Assembly: GCF_033153115.1 (NCBI RefSeq)
Contig: NW_026889751.1
Span: forward strand, 11,222,001-11,286,000
Direction: 5' to 3'
Source: Saccostrea echinata
Lineage: Eukaryota
Length of the DNA stretch: 64,000 bases
In this document: in pieces, positions 25,355-38,307 of the stretch
Layout: each line of letters opens with the position of its first letter
Position numbering within the stretch: position 1 is the first letter of the stretch
Made by a program: the position numbers and the translations under genes
The notes under the pieces: generated by a model
The model's database searches: none
What the model was told of the DNA's origin: nothing
Seen by the model: the letters and a program-made list of their open reading frames with translations, nothing else

Positions 25355-26670
25355 TTTGTTTGTTTGTTTGTTTTTTGTTTTTGGTAACTACCTACAACAA
25401 AATAAAACAATATGTTCATGAGAGATATAATTATCTTTGTTTTCAATTTTCATTTTTGTTGGCAAACTTGCAAAACTTTTGATTGCCCCGTGTAATTTAA
25501 GGAGTCCATACATTTTCCCCACCTTTGTTTAACAGTTTCTTCCAGTATAGTTTTAAATATAATTAATATATTACGAACAAAAATAAAATAATAAATTGAA
25601 ATATTATTAAAAATCAGATATGTATACAGCTGGGAAAACACTGAAATATTGTCCATTCGAAATGAAAGGCAACGTTAAAACAGATATCGAACCGTACAAA
25701 AAAATCTTTAAACCTCGACTATACCTTTCCGATATTTATAGGGGGAATTTAAATATACCATTGTTTGGTGTACATTGAAATTGTGGCAGTTTTTCAACAG
25801 TGCCTGTGTTCGTAGACTGTATTGAATTATAGAGGTAAAGTCGTGGCTAGGCAGTTATAAGTTAAAACAGATTAAGGCTGCAAAAGTCAGTTCTATTTTA
25901 TTCGTGTTTAGATAATCCTAAACCCAAAAGTGTTCTATAGACTTTTAAAACTCAAAAAAGTGGCCTAGTGGTTGCGAAGGACAAGTTTGGCCGGAGAATG
26001 AAAGTTTTCTTTTACAATGTTATTTTCAAGGTAAGATAGACATTTACCATTTCATTTAAAACCATAGTTAATTTAATAGATGTACATTTTTTGCCTCTTT
26101 GAACATATTGATAATTCTTTGAGATTCATTTGATATTTAAGGTGATCGACTAGTATAGATTAAATGCCCCCATTTCCACATATTATTGAAACCTAAGCTG
26201 CTGTACGCTGAATGTACATTTCTAAACACCTCTGGTCTTTTTAAAATCAACTTATTGACTGAAGGGTAAATACTGAAGAGAGTCTTCACACAATATTTAC
26301 ATGCATTTTAAGTATTATCTGTAAAGTCATAAGCGCGTGTATTCATTTTTTAAAATAAGTTTAATATGGTACATCGCTACTCTAAATAGCATTGCAATCT
26401 TTATCTAGATTGCTACTGCGAGTTACTTCCCCGTAAAGCCGTTTGCTACCTATAATTCTCCTTTTAATCATATTCCGTCGTCGTATTTTTTATTATCTAT
26501 CTTTTAACTGATTCTTTTAGCCCCTCCCCCCCCCTTCGGCATCCCCAGTATTCAACTCCACGGGCTAACAAAATAATTGTTCCATTAAAAAAAATCAAAA
26601 GATTAAATATAATTAAACATAATTATATTATCATTTACCTGTAATTTTTGCTGTTTTTTTTTAAATTTTG

Positions 26671-26778
26671 GTCATTACGGTGATTTAGCTACCCACAAAA
26701 TACGGTACAATATTCACTAGGCCCTAGCTAAGCTCGGAGAATATTGTACTTTGAGGGTTGCTAAATCATCGTATTGAC
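26671..26778. repeat. Central hairpin of an AT-rich foldback MITE whose right arm is interrupted by the following HINE
   Basis: GTCATTACGGTGATTTAGCTACCC...TACAATATTC pairs with GAATATTGTA...GGGTTGCTAAATCATCGTATTGAC. The arm appears to continue after 28072 (AAACAGCAATT). Confidence 0.6.
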
Positions 26779-26809
26779 TGTATTAAAAAAAAAAAAAAAA
26801 AAAAAAAAA

Positions 26810-27888
26810 GGCCCAGGGACCACATCGCTCACCTGAGCACTATGGCTAGGAAAAAGCAGAAATCAGTTCAGTCTTGAAAGGTTGAAAATTTAAATATAAA
26901 AGTGGTTGGGGGGGGGGGGGTTTGATTTGAACTAACTTGAATCTATACTTCATAGGGATGCTTTTGAATTAATATGACAAATAATGGCTTTGCTGTTCTT
27001 AAGAAGAATTTTTTATTGATATATCCTTTGTATAACTATGATCCCCTGTTATTGCCCCTCTATTCTCCTGGGGGGACATGAATTGAACAAATTTGAATCT
27101 ACATTACCTGAGGATGCTTCCATTTAAATGTGACCAATCATGGCTTAGCTGTTCTTGAAAAGAAGATTTTTAAAGATTTTTCAATGCTTTCCTATGCAAA
27201 ACTTTGATCGCCCATTGTGGCCCCACCCTACCCCCGGGGGTCATGATTTGAACAAACTTGAATCTACACTATCTAAGAATGCTTCCATATAAATACGACC
27301 AATCATGGCTTTGCTGTTCTTGAGATATAGATTTTTACAGATTTTTCCTATATATTCCTATGTAAAACTTTGGTTGCCCATTGTGGCCCCACCCTACCCC
27401 CGGGGGTCATGATTTGAACAAACTTGAATCTACACTATCTGAGGATGCTTCCCTATAAATATGACCAATCATGGCTTTGCTGTTCTTGAGAAGAAGATTT
27501 TTTAAAGATAATGCCTATATATTCCTATATAAAACTTTGATTGCCCATTGTAGCCCCACCCTAACCCCAGGGGTCATGATTTGAACAAATTTTAATCTAC
27601 ACTATCTGAGGATGCTTCCATGTAAATATGACCAATCATGGCTTTGCTGTTCTTGAGAAATAGATTTTTTAAAGATTTTTCCTATATATTCCTATATAAA
27701 ACTTTGATTGCCCATTGTGGCCCCACCCGACCCCCGGGGGTCATGATTTGAACAAATTTGAATCTACACTATCTGAGGATGCTTCCACATAAGTTTCATA
27801 TTTTCAAGCACAGTGGTTCTTGAGAAGAAGATTTTTTAATGATGCCATTAATTTTTCACGAATTCATAATTATCTCTCCTTGAAAGAA

Positions 27889-27933
<45 letters not shown>

Positions 27934-28028
27934 AATACTTTGTGGCAAGTTTGGTTGAAATTGGCTCGGTGGTTCTGGAGAAGAAGTCGAAAATTTGAAA
28001 AGTATACAGACGGACTACAGACAAAGTG

Positions 28029-28072
<44 letters not shown>
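26810..28072 (-). mobile_element. Full-length HINE (CvA/Cg170-like) with ~6 tandem ~166-bp cores
   Basis: Reverse complement of the 4421-5190 family. The core TTGAACAAACTTGAATCTACACTATCTGAGGATGCTTCC recurs at about 26927, 27083, 27248, 27414, 27581, 27748 and 27904. Ends are GCTCACCTGAGC / CTCAGGTGAGCTAA; inserted in an A-run. Confidence 0.9.
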
Positions 28073-28074
<2 letters not shown>

Positions 28075-28973
28075 CCAAACAGCAATTGTTTTATTATATG
28101 ATTCAATGATACAAATTCGTTTAACAAAGCTTATCATCTTTCTTTACATTTACTGAAAGTCTAGCCGAAAGCAAAGAGAGGAGCTAAACAAATCTTTTTA
28201 AAACTAATTGTATCAATTTGGAAATTCTCGATCTATTTTTGGGTCCAATTAAAAAAAATATATATGTTCAACTGGATGGTCTCGTGTAGGTGATTTCTAT
28301 AGATCTCATCCAATCAGAGAGCTAGGAATTATATTCAATCATATACAGTGTTGTTCTATGATTGAATTTGTTGATATTTAGGTATGCTGATAATTATTTT
28401 ACATCATAATATTTTTTGAACACAAGGGCCACATTGATTAAATTATTATTATTTTATAAATTGCCTAAAATATCTTTGAATTTTTTTTTCTATTATCATT
28501 TTCAAATTAATATAAAGAAGGAAGTTATTCGCAAAATTACAATCTGGTCGTATTCGTAAGTCATTTTGTAGAACGGACCCCCTGACTCTTAGAAGCTACA
28601 TGTAAATCAGACACGTGCTTCATGAATATGTCTATTTTCTTACCCAAGTTATTAACTTTTATGAAAATGATAAATTTAAGATGTGTTTGTCGTTTTCACG
28701 CCTGTGCAATTTTAAAAATATTTTACCTGACACGTTGATTAATTCACACAACAAATATTCGTAAAATTATACTTTTTACAGTGAAGTTGTTGACTTTGCA
28801 GTCCTGTCCTATAATATAAATGGGCTGTGGGAACACAAAACAGCAGGTCATTCAACTCCATCCAGAAGAGAAAAAGAAAGAGAAAACGGTGGTCTTCAAA
28901 GAGCCTCCTGTAGACGTGATCAACTATATTCAGCCATACCCACAAAACAGAAAACGGCGAAAATAGATAAAGA

Positions 28974-31900
28974 ATGGGGTGTGGACAAACTAAACCGATA
29001 AAGCCCGAATCTCAGAGAAAATCTGTCACCTTCAAAGATCCACCCGTCGATTTTATTGAACCTGATCCAAAGGCCACTTTCCTCTCGACCTCACAGCCGA
29101 CTCAGACTTTGGAAAATAGTCTTTACCCACCAAAACCGCCAAAGACCAGGCGAAATGAGATCATTCCCAATGATGACATGTTTTATTTATTAGATGAACA
29201 TGCATTAAAGGCAAGAATTGTACAAATATTATCGAAAAAAATACATGTAGCTTGGTGATCTGATAGCAAAAATACTGAACAGATCCATCTAAAAATATAT
29301 GAAATTTGATTCTTTTAGCCATAAGCTATACTGAAACGCAAAAGAAACGCAGCAAGCAGCAATCTACTGAATTTTTTATCTAATGATTTTCAAAAATGAA
29401 TACAATAAGGTTAAAGTCGATTTAAAAACATCAGAGATTTTATAAAAATGTTAAATGATTATCTTTTAACTTTAGAAAGTAGCTCATGACTGTTAAAACA
29501 CCCCCCACCCCGGCCATTCAATAACAGCGTGTAAGACTGCCATGCACAATTGCAGCTTGATTTCTACGATGCAGTAGGTTCATCAATCTCGAGATCTGAG
29601 CGAAAGAAATATTCTTCGCCATTTTAAATGCCTGTTTTTAAGATGACGAGGTCGAATTTCCTCTAGCCTAGCGCAGTGTAGTAACCCTTGGACTTCCGGT
29701 CCAAGGACTGTCATTCATGCTAATGATACGTAAGAGCCTCTTGAGGCCTAATGTATTGCATATTTGCATCTGCAACTTCCCATCACCTTTATTTTGAGAT
29801 TTTCCAGCTAGAGCAATGGAAATGCGTACTTAAGTCATTTTCAGAAGCCTTGGCATAGCTTATGGAAAAGAAAGGATAATTTATTTTTCGGAATATTGCT
29901 GCATTACTTATGATGAACAGATACCAACCATTAAAACCCCATATTATTTCCAAATGTTTTGTTAAACATGCAATTTTTGATTTCTCTTAAGCGGACTCAA
30001 ACTTAACTCTCGGTAATGGCACAGGCACTTGGGGTCTGGACCCCCCCCCCTTTCCATTTTTTTTTCTTTTGAAATATGAGATCGAGTCACCTTTTTCCTA
30101 TTTTTGTATTCTAATATGCACTGTATGTTATCAATAATGTAACTCTTTTGTCTCTATATGCTGTTTTTGAATATACCGTTTTCGACTGATACATAAAAAG
30201 AGAGAAGGCTTGCAACTCTTTTCTCATCGTCTGCCTCACCTCGCTTAAACTTCGCCTGATTATTTATCGAAAGAATAAGAAAACATGGAATATGCATACA
30301 TCAATAAATTCGTTATACATTCTTCTTCCTTTTCATATTTTCATTTAATTTTTATGTGCCCCCGATTTGTAAATATTTCGATTAAATCAACCGCATCTAG
30401 GGTAAATTTTGTTGATGTGCACTAGCTGGGACGGAAGTGTCCGGTATTTTCGGGCGTCATCATTAAGTGTAATGTTATTCGGAACATTAAATGAAAGAGG
30501 GAAAAATTCCCGAATTTTCTCTTCATAATATATGTAACGGTAAGTTCTGTGAATAACAAGATAACTCCAACTAGCAGATTCTAATGGATGAAGATTAACA
30601 TTTAACATACGACTTAGACAACCAAATTTCTCAATATTTTTATTACAAAGCTTGGAATTTTTATTTAATACAGAACATTTGTAAAGTTAGAGTTACCGTT
30701 CTTGCACTTCCGTCCCAGCTGGTGCACATCAACAAAATTTACCCTAGATGCGGTTGATTTAATCGAAATATTTACAAATCGGGGGCACATAAAAATTAAA
30801 TGAAAATATGAAAAGGAAGAAGAATGTATAACGAATTTATTGATGTATGCATATTCCATGTTTTCTTATTCTTTCGATAAATAATCAGGCGAAGTTTAAG
30901 CGAGGTGAGGCAAACGATGAGAAAAGAGTTGCAAGCCTTCTCTCTTTTTATCATAGGCACTCCCCAGCTTAATTGTTAAAAAATATATATCTACTATACT
31001 ATAAACATAACGTTATGTTTATAGTATAGTAGATATATATTTTTTAACAATTAAGTTGCATGGGGAGTGCCTATGCTTTTTATGTATCAGTCGAAAACGG
31101 TATATTTAAAAACAGCATATAGAGACAAAAGAGTTACATTATTGATAACATACAGTGCATATTAGAATACAAAAATAGGAAAAAGGTGACTCGATCCCAT
31201 ATTTCAAAAGAAAAAAAAAAATGGAAAGGGGGGGGGGTCCAGACCCCAAGTGCCTGTGGGTAATGGTATGAAAATCATTCAACCCTTAAATTACCGATAT
31301 TTACAAAGTTGAAGATATCCTTACATTTTAGATACAAAATTATATCCTATATATAATATTTCCCCCTAAAATAGAATGTTGCGTTTCTTTTGCGTTTCAG
31401 TATATTAGGTAGTAAAGGGGGAAAAACACGTGTTCCAGCTATAATGTTTAATGCAATTTCCTTATTTTCATACAGAGCTCGTCTTTTCCAGGAAGCTTAA
31501 ATTGTCTAAAATGGATATGACCACCCAGCCCTTATACTTCACGCGCATACTTTGACAAAGTTTATACGATTCAATAACTTCAAACAATTCTAACTGACAT
31601 AAGATAATCCGTCTCTAATTTCCAATGAATTATGTTTAGTTGAGCACCAATCTTCGCGAAAATAAATTGCTTTAATTGGCGAACAGAGATTTATTGATAT
31701 GAGTTTCATTTTTATTTCATCAAATTCATGTATAATTGGGAGGTAAGAAAGGAGGACAATGCACGACAATTTTGTATACAATTTGAGTTATCGCCATTTA
31801 CCAAAATTAAACCAGATACATGTATATGGGAATTAATTCAAACCCTTTATTGCTTTATCCTCTTTTTAGGCGCCAAAATCAGTAGACACGTCCGTTGAAT

Positions 31901-34900
31901 CTTTGTGCAGATATTTGACAAAACCAGCCAAAAATGACATGGAAAAATGTCGGCTATTTTACAGATGGATCACAAACAACATTTCGCAAGTGTTTTCATT
32001 TTTTAATGAAATATTTCATTTGTGAAAATGCCATCATGTTTTTTACACACCCAACAAACTATTATCATAATCGACTATATATGCGGTATAAAACATTATG
32101 ACAATTATTCATTTTAAACAAAGTCAATGCTAGTTCACACAAAAATTTATTTAATAATCATATTTATTTTATTCTTTTACTCAGATATGACACAGCTGCC
32201 TTGTTTCAAGGTAAAAAGAAGCCGCTTGATGCTGAGTCGGTCCTCAAGTTGAAAACATCCGTCTGCGTAGGTTATGCCAATCTTTTCACTGCTTTGTGTA
32301 GGTGCGTGACGCTGTATAATCCACTAATGCTTCATTTTGCAACAAGAAATGTTGACTATACCCCCTTTGCAAACTTTGGGGAGGCATACCGGTATTACCA
32401 TCTCCGTCTGTCTGTAAACCCTTTTTAGAAGATCATCTCCAAAACTATATGCTCAATATTTTGTTCAAAAGGTTGTAGAGGTAAAACATGCCATGTGACT
32501 CTGGTGTTTTCAGATTGAATTTGTAAAAATATGTCTTTTTAAAGAAAAAAAATACTTGTCTGGTCAAATTTTTCAAACCATGAGACTTAAGATGTTGGTA
32601 TACCCTGTATCAAGGTCATTTGATGGAAGTCAATGTCACAAAATATTGAATTATTGTTTTACCTACAACTTTGAAATACAGGAAAATTAGATTACACTTG
32701 AGACGAGGGTTGTTTGTGACTCGAGAGTATGTACTTCCCTAACCTAATATAATTTGAACAAGGTCAAGGTCACATATTTCAAAAGAGCCAAATTCTTGCT
32801 TTGTCCAAAACTTTGAACCAAAGAAACATTAAAAGCTTATATACAGTACATATATACTACGGTAACTTGTGAGCAGAGGACGTGTAACAACCTCTAGACA
32901 AGGTCAAGTTCAATTGAAGGTGTAAAGTTCTTTTCCATAACTATAAGGAATAAATTTAAATGATCCGACTTAATCCGATTATAGGTTGATATGGACAAAA
33001 GGATATGGTACATGGAATGACCTTGCACAAAGGTCACATATTTAGAGGTGTCAAATTTTGAAGGTCTAATAAATGTTAAGTTTTAAAAGACAAACTTTGA
33101 GGAAAATCAGGTGGTAATAATGCTTATGATAAAGACTGCTTGTGACAAAGAGGTCTGTCGGGATTCTTAGCCACGGTTGTTTTGATAGAGTCAAGGTTAC
33201 AAGGGTCAGTAGTTGCAAGGTTTATTTGTCCATGTTTTTAAATGTTATGATTATGTAGGTTCGTTGACTTGGTTATGAGAGAGGTGTTACAGCTTTCATC
33301 CAAGTGACGAAGTACATTTCAACGAGATTCATACCACTGGAATTTAGAATATTTACAGTTACTAGTAATTAATTTCCATGATGGCATAGTTCTTTTCAAT
33401 CTTTTGTAAGTTTGTAATCTATTAGTATTCTAAAGTATGCCTTGTGGAGGTATTTGTTCCANNNNNNNNNNNNNNNNNNNNNNNNNNNNNNNNNNNNNNN
33501 NNNNNNNNNNNNNNNNNNNNNNNNNNNNNNNNNNNNNNNNNNNNNNNNNNNNNNNNNNNNNNNNNNNNNNNNNNNNNNNNNNNNNNNNNNNNNNNNNNNA
33601 AGCTATCTTTTTATCAGCAGATTAATAAAAACTAGCACTTTGCTTTGCCTAAACATTTGATATTTTATGCATACTGGTAATTCTGAGTCTCAAAGTTTTA
33701 ACTTCACCGATGCATAGTTCAAAATACTCTTTCTTTCTTTCTTTCTTTCTCTCTCATATATAAATTATATACATGTATATACAACTTGCTTGAATTTTTT
33801 TTTGAAGCAGGAAAATATGTGTATATATAGCAGACAGTTGATTGGTTTGTTTTGCAGGTGCGCTGACATTACAGTCCAGAAGATATCCGGATATGCCAAA
33901 GGCTATGACTACAATCCAGAAATCCGATTCGAATACGGTCACGCCACAAGTCATGCGTGGAACGCAGTACATGTGGACGGAGAGTGGAGGCTGGTAGAGT
34001 GTACCTGGGGAGCAGGGAACTGTGACGAATTCAAAAAATTCCACTTCGATTACCACGACCATTTTTTCTTCATGGACCCAGATTCGTTTGTTTTAACACA
34101 TTTTCCATATGACCCAGATATTAATATGGCCCTAGCTTGGCAACTCCTGAAGGATCCATGGTCATTGGATAAATTTAATTCATATATAAAGCCTAGTATG
34201 AAAGCCATTGAATGGGATATAGACTTTGTTTCCCATTCGACCAGTGTAGTGTTCTCAAATGGTGTATCAATTTTTGCATTAAAAAGTAGCACCACAAATC
34301 TGCCTGTTCTAAATGGTGAGCTTTATCCAGAGAAAGGCGAGAGCAGCAAGACTTACACATATGCTTACAAAAATGGACCAGGTGATTACAAGTTGGTTGT
34401 TCGACCGCCCTCTGTTGGAAAATTTACCCTTCGGATTTTAGCAAATACTAAAGAGGATGACGAGGCTTCTATTTTGGTCTCCTACGTCATCAAATGTATA
34501 AGTACAGATGGACTCGTTCGTTGTTTTCCGTATCACTGGGGACTTTGGGGGCCATCAGTGAAATTGGACAATTTTGGACTGATGTACGACGAATCCTCCT
34601 CTCCGTTAATCATGACAGAAAATGGTGAAGTAGAAGTAAAGTTACCACTGAAAAATGAACTGGACTGTTCCTGCAGACTTAGCCATGCTGAAAATCTCCT
34701 AAGGGAAAGTGACGATTACGTCATGACGGAAATAAATGGTGGACATTTATGTACTCGAGCTAGGCTCCCAAAGGAGGGTTATTATAAACTACAGCTTATG
34801 GTTAGATTAGAGGAAGATAGTTATAAACCGGTGTTAACTTACCTTCTTGGGTCGAAACAAACACTGCCAGTGATTCACAAACTACCGAAATGTTATAGGG

Positions 34901-35166
34901 CGGCAAGAGAGTTCAGGTGTCGTCTGATTGAACCTCTGACGTATGAACTACCCAGAAACACGAAGATTCGTATCAGATTAAAATGTCCAAAGAATTTAAG
35001 TCTTGTCCTTAAGAAACAAACACTCAAAGTGGATAAGGTTGACGATGTATGGGACTTTCTAACAACGACACCGAATGCGGGTGAAAAATTTTGCATTTCG
35101 GGAAAACTTCAAAGTGAAGATTCTCGATCCACATACAAGGGATTATATGAATTTTCCATTATATAA
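28974..35166 (+). CDS. Kyphoscoliosis peptidase / hillarin / LTD-1-like transglutaminase-fold protein, ~592 aa; exons 28974-29210, 31870-31985, 32185-32301, 33858-35166
   Basis: Motifs FYRWITNNISYD, VCVGYANLFTALC (Cys), ISGYAKG, HAWNAV (His), WRLVECTWGAG, FFFMDP..FVLTHFP and WQLL, followed by KY-like beta domains. The spliced length of 1779 nt is in frame. Confidence 0.88.
30020..31258. mobile_element. Foldback element with ~420-bp TIRs and 8-bp TSD (P-superfamily-like CANRG ends)
   Basis: 30020-30439 is nearly identical to the reverse complement of 30705-31258 once the nested insert is removed. TSD GGTAATGG lies at 30012-30019 and 31259-31266; termini are CACAGGCAC. Confidence 0.9.
30952..31075. 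mobile_element. 124-bp spacerless palindromic MITE with 8-bp TSD
   Basis: CATAGGCACTCCCCA...CATAAC|GTTATG...TGGGGAGTGCCTATG. TSD CTTTTTAT lies at 30944-30951 and 31076-31083. Confidence 0.9.
32355..33460 (+). repeat. Degenerate Helentron-like element with AAGGTCAAGGTCA-type cores (similar remnants at ~20120-20620 and ~35375-35750)
   Basis: 5' TATACCCCC...hairpin followed by CCGTCTGTCTGT, and repeated CAAGGTCA(AGGTCA) motifs at irregular spacing. Confidence 0.45.
33462..33599. other. Assembly gap (138 N) in intron 3 of the KY-like gene
   Basis: Run of N characters. Confidence 0.99.
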
Positions 35167-35773
35167 AATAGCGATTGCATTTGACATCATTTGGAAAATA
35201 CTCAATTTTCACCTGGTGCAATATTTTACCATAGCAGGGCCTTGATATGTACTATTTCTAAATAAAAGCTATCAATTTACGAAGCGCCTTTTTGTTTGTG
35301 AGGAATCTCTGATATAGGATAATAATATTTTACATAAAAAATTTAATTTTTTTATATAAATTGAATGGATGTTTTCATACCACCGTCTTTTGATGGTCTA
35401 CACGTGTATTGTGGTAAGGGTTTTTCCGTTTGTTAGCTTTTTCATGCCCGTGACATACCTTTTGTACTCTGAGGTCCCACCCCAAAAGTTGGTCGAAGTA
35501 CATGTATTTTGAAATATAAAGGATATACATAGTCAATTCGTGTCCAGATCATATACTGCACACGATGAGACCTAGAATCATAAAAATATGTCTGTTGATG
35601 CATCAGGATGGGGGTATGTCATGACTCAATAGTATAGTCTACAGTTACTAAAAGTCAAATCGGGACATATCTTCTCTTACACTCTGGAGCCAGGACTATC
35701 AAACTATGTAATTCTTCGGAGAATAGGTTTCATAACCCAAAACTAGGTCGCTTTGACCTCCTTTTTGATTTAA

Positions 35774-36629
35774 GGATAAATAACACAAACTTTTTTTCAG
35801 AAATCAGCAATATTTCTCATAGATTTATATGCAGATAGGTAACCTGAATGATATTTTTCCAGGTAAAGTGAGAAAATTTTGTCAAAAATATGTGCAAAAT
35901 TTTGTATAGAATTACATAGAAAACGATACAAAGTTGCATATCTAAGCACAAAAAAACTTACGATTTCTTTATATTTTACATCTTCGCTAGCCAAGGGTTT
36001 CTGATACGCTACTCTCATAAACCCTTGGCATACGGTGCTGACAAAAGACGGGATTGTTTTCGTCACGTGATCACGATTTCCCAGGTACGCACAGATTGCG
36101 TCATCGACAGAAATAACAAGCGTATTTAAAACAATAATGTCTTTAAAGAATAATTAACAAGAAGGTATTGAGTTATGTTAATTTGTTATTTAAACATGTT
36201 AAAATGCAAATCTAAATCTTCAGTATTGCATGATTCTTAATCACATATTTTGCACGTAGCTTAAGATATTGGATGACACCATATAGCTATTCATAGAATG
36301 GCATGTTATCTTACGGATCGTTGTTTACTTGCGTTTTTCATTCCCGATATTAAAGAGTCAAGATATATCCCGAACGCAAATATCGTCATTTACAAAAAAC
36401 AATTGCTGATTGGTCGAACGATGTCGATCAACTCGAATCACATCTTGAGAAAAAAATTCCAACTCTTTTTAACACCGTATGCCAAGGCTTATGAGGAGAG
36501 TAGCGTATCAGAAACCCTTGGCTGGCGAAGATGTATATTTTAGGGATTGCTTATTTATGTCATTTCCAATCAAAACAGTCAAAAAATATATCAATCCATG
36601 CATCAATTTTTTGCTTCTGTTATGTATCC
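35774..36629. mobile_element. TTAA-flanked (Kolobok-like) MITE hosting a nested element
   Basis: TTAA|GGATAAATAACA ... TGTTATGTATCC|TTAA. Confidence 0.65.
35979..36533. mobile_element. 555-bp MITE with ~60-bp TIRs and 9-bp TSD (Mutator-like)
   Basis: CATCTTCGCTAGCCAAGGGTTTCTGATACGCTACTCTC...CCTTGGCATACGGTG, with its inverse at 36473-36533. TSD TATATTTTA on both sides. Confidence 0.85.
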
Positions 36630-38307
36630 TTAAATATGGCTATATGTTTATTATAAATATACTGAAATGTCGCCTGAAATGCAATCTTATCCCTATTCTA
36701 CATAAATCATGTTACATAGTGAATTGCAAACCATGTATCTAATCGTAATTACACAGTACTCTGCTCAAAACGGAGGACATATGCAGAAATACGCCGTGTA
36801 AAGTAGAAATCTACTTATATGCCCAGGCTGCCTTGAATTATCTAATTATGTTTCTCCTCTGTTCGGCTGAAGTTTAATTAAACAAATTTACCAGAAACGC
36901 TTGATTAATAATAGGAGTATATTGTATAACAAAGCTAACGCAAAGCTGAAAGCATGGATTTGAAGGGCGGGGGATGATATTTTAGAACGACACGAGGCAG
37001 CAAGCTCGTGACAAATGGTCATCTAATTCTTAGATAACTAGATCGCTACACAAAGTATTGCGTAGCTATCTAGTTGGAGTGGATCAAAGATCTAATTTTC
37101 ATCACCATCCGTGCATAACAGAGAGAGTCCTATTTCAAATGAGCAAACGAAAGAAAGATTTCAAAAAAATATCTTTTTACGGTTAAATCCAAAGTTTGTA
37201 GCATGATGCTGACCTTTTCATGTTGACGCATTATACATTTATTGACTGAGTTCGATGACAACATGCGTTCTGTCTGACCCAAGAACCAAATATTTAGTTC
37301 GAGGGGTTTACAAAACGCTTTTTGCCCGAGAACACAGTCAATGCATGTTTTATACCTTTTATTTTTTTTTTTTTTTACATATCTTGTGCTGGCTTCCATC
37401 ATGTAAATTTCCTTTACCTGCACTGCGGTTTAAATTAGCAATTCCATCACTGTCGAACGCCAACGAATAAAAATAAGATTTACCTGATCCCGCCCACAGT
37501 GTGACGTAAGCGGTCCAATATCTCATCGACAGGTCCAATGTATAACACTGCGGTCTAAAATCGATTTCTTTTTCTTGTACTGCTCAGTAAAACATTGGAA
37601 ATGTTAGACTTTTTTAGTATAAAATATAAGAAACAATTTTTAAAGGTATAAAATTTGAGTTTCTCTGTGTACATTGATTTGCCTGAGTTTGCACAAAAAT
37701 GGTATTAAAATCGAACATTATATCTCAAGTTTTCATGAGATTGGGTGTCCACTAAAAAAAGTTAGTGTTTTAATTGCATAGTATTTTTTTTTATTTTCTC
37801 TCGACAAATCAGATTCAAATATTTTAATTAAAAGTATAATATCAAAAATATATATGTCAAAGAAAAATATATCGACTATCGATTTACGAATAGAATTTCG
37901 AAACTATGACCAAGTAATAAAAACTTCGTAAACAAAACATAACTCTATAAACACAGAAAATTACTGTCATTTCTTATATTTACAATTTTAAAGTATTTGA
38001 AATATTTTTTGCAATCATTGATCGAAACGCCACTAACAGACAATAAAACACTGGTGGTGGTGAAGGGGGAGGGGGTAAAATCTTTGACAGAGGTAGCTGA
38101 GTCTTGCCTAGAAGAGAGAAAAATAAGAATTAATCAAAGAATTAATGCGAAGAAATAAATTTTTGTGTATAATTATCTCCTTTGAACACAAAATCCATGC
38201 CTTGACAAATAAGTTTTATAATTTCTTTTAAATTAATTTGGGAAGGAAGATTTACCTATTCAGACAAATGTATTACATTCCGTTTTGTTGTTTGTCTATT
38301 TGTTTTG

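Larger units (their letters stand above)
29331..31400. mobile_element. Tc1/mariner-type non-autonomous element (outer layer of a nest)
   Basis: TATA|CTGAAACGCAAAAGAAACGCAGC ... GTTGCGTTTCTTTTGCGTTTCAG|TATA. Confidence 0.78.

Noticed and set aside
30387-30859. Short ORFs 30387-30608 and 30665-30859
   Set aside because: They lie in the arms and spacer of the foldback element and show no protein motifs.
33437-33660. Three ORFs containing X runs
   Set aside because: Artefacts of the N gap; the KY-like exons either side join in frame without needing an exon in the gap.
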